Shown in pieces: positions 34,960 to 40,431 of a DNA stretch of 40,431 nucleotides. A model generated the notes under the pieces. That model was not told where the DNA came from and did no database searches. It saw nothing but the letters and a program-made list of their open reading frames with translations. The stretch is from Nemertoderma westbladi (lineage: Eukaryota > Animalia > Xenacoelomorpha): the NCBI GenBank assembly GCA_032718475.1, contig JAUCBJ010008892.1, forward strand, positions 1 to 40,431, written 5' to 3'. The stretch's first letter is position 1, and each line of letters opens with the position of its first letter. Position numbers and translations under genes: made by a program.

Positions 34960-37903
34960 ATAACCCCTACGCCTACGTCATCGTACGCGGCTTCCCACCT
35001 GCCTTTGACATCAAGTACGAAAAGGAAACTTTGGAGCCATGGAAAGAAGGATGCGACGCCTTCCTCGCCACCTTGCGTTTCCTCCACTTATGTTTCTGAC
35101 CCTGCAACTCCTCCGGGCCGGGCGCGGGCACTGCCGTAACTGAAGACTTCAGTCTGTCCACAATCTGCCTGCACCGCTCGGCCCTCACTACAGCATTCTC
35201 TCATGCTATTAATGCAGTGGTCAAGGGGCTTGCCCTTACTGCGGCAGAAAACCCAAACTCAGAGACTGTAATAGAATGTTTGGGACATCACATCGACGGC
35301 GTAATCAATAAACAGGTTTACCGACAACTGTTAGCCTGATGCCACCGCCTTCCAAGGTAGAGTCTGGAGTCATTCCTCATTGCTCTATGCAACCTAGCCT
35401 CCAAATGCGACTTTGCCCCTCTTGCAACTAATGAAGAACTCCTCCGGCTCCCCAATGACTGTAACCTCGCTGATGCACTTCCATTCCACTGGCCCTAGCA
35501 GTCTAGGCAGCCCGCAAAGATGCTGCATCGCTCTCTCACCCCTTGTAGCCTTCCCCAATTGCATCGGAGCCACTCCCAGGCACCCCGAGAGTCGATCCAA
35601 AGAGCTCCCAAATGCACACAGTATGTGTACCCCCTTACATGGCAGGCAAACATTGCCTGGACACTACGGCCCACTGTCGTCTGCAACCTGGTCAACCATT
35701 ACGATCATATTTCCCACAACCACCCCACCCCGCACATAACCCAAAGATGAACTCAACTGACCTTGTACCAGACAATGCCCGTAATGCACCAAAGTCCACC
35801 AACCATGCCCAAATATGGTCAACAATTCTGGAGGAACTCGATCTCAGAGCCATCCCAGTTGTCTCCACCACTGAGAGGCTCAAATCACTTGAGACTGTGA
35901 CCATCAGATTCCAGGTTACCAAAGACCCCGCATGAGAAAACAAACCCATCCCCAAGCTCCAATTCCTACCTAACTCTGGTGCCATCGTGTCCACTATCCT
36001 ATGGCGAGTTTTCAGGGTGTTTGGTGGTTGCTGCGAGAACCTCCGCTACCATTATGGTGAACCCATGCTGAGCCATCGCGACTCTGCACCACCCAGGCCC
36101 TCCACCACACCAATGAGAGCTATGATAGCGAGACCTTTATAGGCATATTAGACACTTTGGTGCACTGCCCTTGGAACCACCTGCAACTTGGGTGCTCGAT
36201 GGCCTCCAACAACCCATCATCTCTAGCTGGGCGTGCTTCACCCTAGGCATCTTGTGGAGCCCGATCATCCACGGTGGCAACCTGACAGCTACAACAAACT
36301 ATTCAGAGCAAACCAAGCCCACCGCAATTCCATTACAACCCAAAGCCACCACCCAACAACCAACACCGGCTGGGTCATCCATAGCCCTCATACCACTAGC
36401 CCCTATTCGCTTCACCCAACCAATCCTCCACTCACACTATACCTCCAATGGTGTCCACTAACGCCGACTGGGAAGCACTCATATGCTGATTCCCCTGCCG
36501 AATTTCGGGGCAATGTTGTGTAACTGGTGGGGAATTAATAATTAAACTCATCCCTGGAATCCAACCCGACTCACTGCTATACAAACTGATCCATCCTTGC
36601 CAACATGGAGGCTGCATTCAACCAGGACATAGACACCCAGATCATTATGGGTATTGGAAACGGTCGGAGATGAGAATAACCCGGGTGAGGTCGTTACACA
36701 CAAGAAGGGCAATCCCTCGAAAGTGTGCATAGCAGTCGAGCTTCGCGAACTGAACCAAGCCACAGTCTGCCCAAGGTACTTCTCCGCCTCCCCATCCCAT
36801 ATTGTATCCAAAATCCCTACATCGGCCCATTACTTCAAAGTTTGCAATGGCCTGAAAGGATTCCATCAGATGGGCCTTGCACTAGCCAGTCATCATCTTA
36901 AAATGTTTCTTACATCATGTGCCATTTCCACTACCAGAGGATGGCCATGTAATGTCATGGAAGTTTTGACGTGTTCCAAGCGAGGATGGCCCTAGCACTC
37001 CACTGGATTTCCAACATCGGAAGGATCATGGAGGACATTATCATGTACATGGAGACAGCAGAGCATCATCTGGTTGCACAAGTTCTTGCAGCCTGCGATG
37101 CTGCGAATATATCAATAAACATGGATAAAGTCCAATACTGCCATATACCATCTGCCATCTGTCTGGTTTGACAGCTACCTCGTAAGCCACAGCAACTACG
37201 ATATCGACCCCTCCCTCACTGATGACCTCCACTACTTCCAGGCCCCAACCAACTGGCACATGCTCAGGTCCCTCCTCGGCCTCGTACAACAGTTTGGAAA
37301 CTAACTCATCGACTTTACCAACTCATCGAGCCTCAATTGAGCCTCCACTCATCGAGCCTGCGAGGCCTCAATATAGACCACTCCACCTGGGTTTGGTTGC
37401 TGCTGCAGCACCAGAATGCCTTTGAGTCCACCTCCCACACCCAGCCCACTCTACTGCCTACTGCATACTGCTGAGAGAACTCAAACAGAACTTAAACTGC
37501 TTACAGATGCATCGCAACTCCACGGCGTTGGGTTCTTCCTGCGCCAGTGGCAGTGGGATCCTACTCCAAACCAATGGGTGAACATACAGTGTGACTCCAT
37601 GACCCTCGCCAAACATTGGATAAACATAAACTGGTCTTCAATAGCCGAACTGGAGGCCCTCAGAATGACCTAGGCAGAATACAAACAAGTGCCACTACTT
37701 TCTGGATGGGTTGAACAATTTTGTCCTAGTCACTGACTGTAGCCTCCTGATTCCCATCCTGAAAGACGGGCTGGTGCCATCCACCCGACCTACTCGGCAC
37801 ACTTCACCATAACCCAGGATGGTAGGCCTGGCCCTCATCGCGCCACAACATAGCTACCAATGTCCTGTCACCATATTTCCAGCACCATGCATCATAAAAC
37901 TCA
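34960..37903 (+). mobile_element. Decayed Ty3/gypsy LTR retrotransposon internal region (gag-PR-RT-RNase H-start of IN)
   Basis: Fragments in gypsy order: gag ESLESFLIALCNLASKCDF (~35360-35415), protease-like LQFLPNSGAIVST (35957), RT KVCIAVELRELNQA...KGFHQMGL and MEDII, RNase H LLTDASQLHGVGFFLRQ...ELEAL and FVLVTD. Many stops and frameshifts; LTR/PBS not identified. Confidence 0.85.
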
Positions 37904-37913
37904 CGAATCCGAC

Positions 37914-37956
37914 ACCACGCCGATGAGACCCAGCAAGGTCGAAACTCGTACGTGGT
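37914..37956 (+). ncRNA. Type I hammerhead ribozyme copy 1 (variant core) in a 5'-truncated unit 37904-38011
   Basis: ACCACG CCGATGA GACC cagcaa GGTC GAAA CTCG TA CGTGGT; U4->C in the core and the stem III palindrome is broken. Confidence 0.8.
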
Positions 37957-38006
37957 TTGGAGAGATATGAGATATTAATTTCAAGAAAAATTACGCGATT
38001 CTTAAA

Positions 38007-39379
38007 TTTGTGGGGCGAGCCACGAAGTGAGTGAGCCTTAGCGTAGTGGTACCATTAATCAACCTGTCATTCTGTCGTTCTGTCGCGTTCAATTTTAAAC
38101 GTTAATAACTCGGCCAATCTTTGATGAAATCTATCCAAACTTGGTACACATGTTGTTTGGCAAAAGTTTAGAAATTTTCCAAGTAGAATTTCCGTGTGGC
38201 CTTCGAGAAGCTAAGATAATAGCAGTTAATTAGTTAATTAAGTTGATTACGGTAAAAACACCATTTTCAACCTGCCTTTTAAAGGAAATTAATTGTTTTA
38301 CAGTATAAGATTTAAATAATTATACTTAAAAATTATACAGATGTAATCCACATACGCCATTCTATTATAGTTTTTAATTAGTTCAAGTGATTTGCTTTAA
38401 TAATTGTGTCTTTAATTGATCTAAAGTAATTAAAACGGCGTAAAAAATTGATTCTCATTAAATACTGCTCATTTATTGGTTAACATCCAAGTTGGCTCGG
38501 TGCTGGTACATAGGATGGGAAGGATGTTTGGTGTGTGTGTAGAACAGCCAGTGCTCTTCAATGGGAATGCGAATGAAAGTAAGCACATGTGTACAGGCTG
38601 GTAAACAGATTGGCCATAGCTAGCTAACGAGATGGAAATCTGAATTCCCTACTATTCAGTCTATTAGTGTGTTATTGCTGTGTTAGACAGATCTCGTTTA
38701 ATAAATGTCAGTCAATAACATTTTACCACTGCAGAAGACTTATTTATATCCATACTTGTTTTTTCCTCATAAATATTGGGCTTATTATTTTTTGATGGGA
38801 TTTCTTTGTAGTTGAATTGTCTAAGTTTTTACACTGAGGCATTAACATAGGGTACTGGTATTAAATTAATTATTTGAATATCATTACTGCATCGACTGCA
38901 TTTAGTACTGCGTTCTGCATTGATTATATTCCTATAAACCATTCCTGGTTTCGCATATTGCACGTATCCATAGTTATAAAGATTGCCAGTCTGCGTTTAG
39001 GAAATATATTTAAATACAAAACAGGACGAGCGCAACGACGCTTATAATAATTAAGATGAGTATGGCGTTGATTATATTCCTATACACCACCTGGCTTTGC
39101 ATATTGAACGTGCGATTGGAAATAAGTTTGTTCTACCCTTCCGTGGGTGGTAGATGTCGCGGTTATGTATTGGTGGTTGGGAAGGGTGGGGGGGGGGGGG
39201 GGGGGGTGGAGAGATTAAAAGGGGTGAACACGTACTGTCCCCCTTTCTCGGATTGATTGGTGGTGTGGGTAAATTTCTCAAAACCTGATTTTGTGATACA
39301 GTCGCTCAATTTTAATTTGTATCTCATAACTGGGCCTCGTGCTGCGCGAAGGCCCCACGAACGTGTACACTACCCGGTT
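38007..39379 (+). mobile_element. Non-autonomous Helentron/HINE-like element
   Basis: Subterminal inverted repeats TTTGTGGGGC (38007-38016) and GCCCCACGAA (39352-39361); 5' hairpin CACGAAGTG; ctgtc(a/g)tt micro-repeat and aataactc...aaacttggtaca block; 3' palindrome GTGTACAC then CCGGTT. Confidence 0.55.
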
Positions 39380-39620
39380 AAAAAGTACGCATGTGATGGG
39401 ATTAGTCCTACAATTGCGCCAATAAAAGATAAGTTATTTTCGGTAAAATAAACTTATCATTCGAGGCTAAGACCCCTAGATCCCTTCCTATAATAAATGT
39501 ATAATAACAAACACCTCGAAAAATACAGCTTGTCAACACATTGTTACTATCAATAATCAAAAATAAGGGGCTAATAAAATGGCAGCTGGCTTTGATATTA
39601 ATATATACTCCATATCTCAA

Positions 39621-39680
39621 GAACCTGTGGCCTAGTGGTTGTAGTCTTGGCTTCCTCTTCGAGGTCCCAGGTTCGAATCC
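39621..39680 (+). promoter_or_regulatory. tRNA-like internal RNA polymerase III promoter
   Basis: Box A TGGCCTAGTGG (39628-39638) and box B GGTTCGAATCC (39670-39680) at tRNA spacing. Confidence 0.8.
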
Positions 39681-39683
39681 GAT

Positions 39684-39726
39684 ACCACGCTGATGAGACC
39701 CAGTAAGGTCGATACGCGTACGTGGT
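39684..39726 (+). ncRNA. Type I hammerhead ribozyme copy 2 (GAAA->GATA core mutation, likely impaired)
   Basis: ACCACG CTGATGA GACC cagtaa GGTC GATA CGCG TA CGTGGT. Confidence 0.8.
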
Positions 39727-40030
39727 TTGGAGAGATATAAGATATTAATTTCAAGAAAATTACGCGATTCCTAAATTTGTACACTACCCGGTTAAAAAGT
39801 ACGCATATGATGGGATTAGTCCTACAATTGCGCCAATAAAAGATAAGTTATTTTCGGCAAAATAAACGTATCATTCGAGGTTAAGACCCCTAGATCCCTT
39901 CCTATAATAAATGTATAATAACAAACACCTCGAAAAATACAGCTTGCCAACCCATTGTTACTATCAATACTCAAAAATAAGAGGCTAATAAAATGGCAGC
40001 TAGCTTTGAAATTAATACTCCATATGTCAA

Positions 40031-40090
40031 GAACCTGTGGCATAGTGGTTGTAGTCTCGGCTTCCACCTCGAGGTGCCAGGTTCGAATCC
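40031..40090 (+). promoter_or_regulatory. tRNA-like internal RNA polymerase III promoter (possible tRNA-Gly TCC ancestry)
   Basis: Box A TGGCATAGTGG (40038-40048), anticodon-arm-like ctcgg-ctTCCac-ctcgag, box B GGTTCGAATCC (40080-40090); no acceptor stem. Confidence 0.8.
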
Positions 40091-40093
40091 GAC

Positions 40094-40136
40094 ACCACGC
40101 TGATGAGACCCAGCAAGGTCGAAACGCGTACGTGGT
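40094..40136 (+). ncRNA. Type I hammerhead ribozyme copy 3 (intact core; predicted cleavage after GUA at 40130)
   Basis: Stem I ACCACG/CGTGGT (extendable by TCCGA/TTGGA past one bulge), core CTGATGA, stem II GACC-cagcaa-GGTC, GAAA, palindromic minimal stem III ACGCGT, triplet GTA. Confidence 0.92.
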
Positions 40137-40379
40137 TTGGAGAGATATGAGATATTAATTTCAAGAAAAATTACGCGATTCTTAAATTTGTACACTACCC
40201 GGTTAAAAAGTACGCATGTGATGGGATTAGTCCTACAATTGCGCCAATAAAAGATAAGTTATTTTCGGTAAAATAAACTTATCATTCGAGGTAAAGACCC
40301 CTAGATCCCTTCCTATAATAAATGTATAATAACAAACACCTCGAAAAATACAGCTTGCCAACACATTGTTACTATCAAT

Positions 40380-40431
40380 GAGTGCACCAGCCAGACAGTT
40401 TGGTGGCCTACCATTTCAAACGACATCACCA
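40380..40431 (+). mobile_element. Resumption of the gypsy element (integrase zinc-binding region)
   Basis: agccagacagtttggtggcctaccatttcaaacgacatcacc translates as SQTVWWPTISNDIT, matching the ARQ.VWWP.I..DI integrase motif. Confidence 0.7.

Larger units (their letters stand above)
39364..40379 (+). repeat. Tandem ~410-414-bp hammerhead-containing unit (non-LTR retrozyme-like), ~2.5 copies
   Basis: acactacccggttaaaaagtacgc recurs at 39367, 39781 and 40192; copies highly similar; each full unit carries box A/box B plus a hammerhead. Confidence 0.9.

Noticed and set aside
34600-34960. 5' LTR and primer-binding site of the gypsy element
   Set aside because: No clear TG...CA boundary or tRNA-complementary PBS, and no second LTR in the window to compare.
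40031-40100. Functional tRNA gene (also 39621-39690 and 32740-32802)
   Set aside because: Box A and box B are present but acceptor and T stems do not close; treated as SINE-type promoter heads.
39408-40195. Short ORFs within the hammerhead repeat
   Set aside because: 67-81 aa, starts not conserved between near-identical copies, no recognisable domain.

Overview
AT-rich, repeat-dense eukaryotic (most likely invertebrate animal) genomic DNA; nothing here looks prokaryotic. Host genes: (i) a single-exon inward-rectifier K+ channel (Kir family, 7036-8109 +) with unusual substitutions at the rectification and PIP2 sites; (ii) a large minus-strand multi-exon gene (34266->~20620 or 20444) encoding four tandem MADF/Myb-SANT-like domains, each split by a phase-1 intron at the same position, plus a ~870-aa 10-residue-periodic S/Q/V/N/G repeat; (iii) one exon of a small secreted Cys-rich (EB-module-like) protein. 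Repeats and mobile DNA: two arrays of a 62/63-bp satellite (2155-2999 and 9590-18151), both next to a tRNA-derived SINE-like head; a 2000-bp Sola2-like DNA transposon with a CAAT TSD; a foldback Tc1/mariner relic; a 44-bp minisatellite; and a decayed Ty3/gypsy element. The gypsy integrase region is interrupted by the most striking feature: a tandem ~410-bp unit in which a tRNA-like Pol III promoter is fused directly to a minimal type I hammerhead ribozyme (retrozyme-like; three hammerhead copies, one with an intact core), itself interrupted by a Helentron/HINE-like element. All calls are by eye; no database searches were run.
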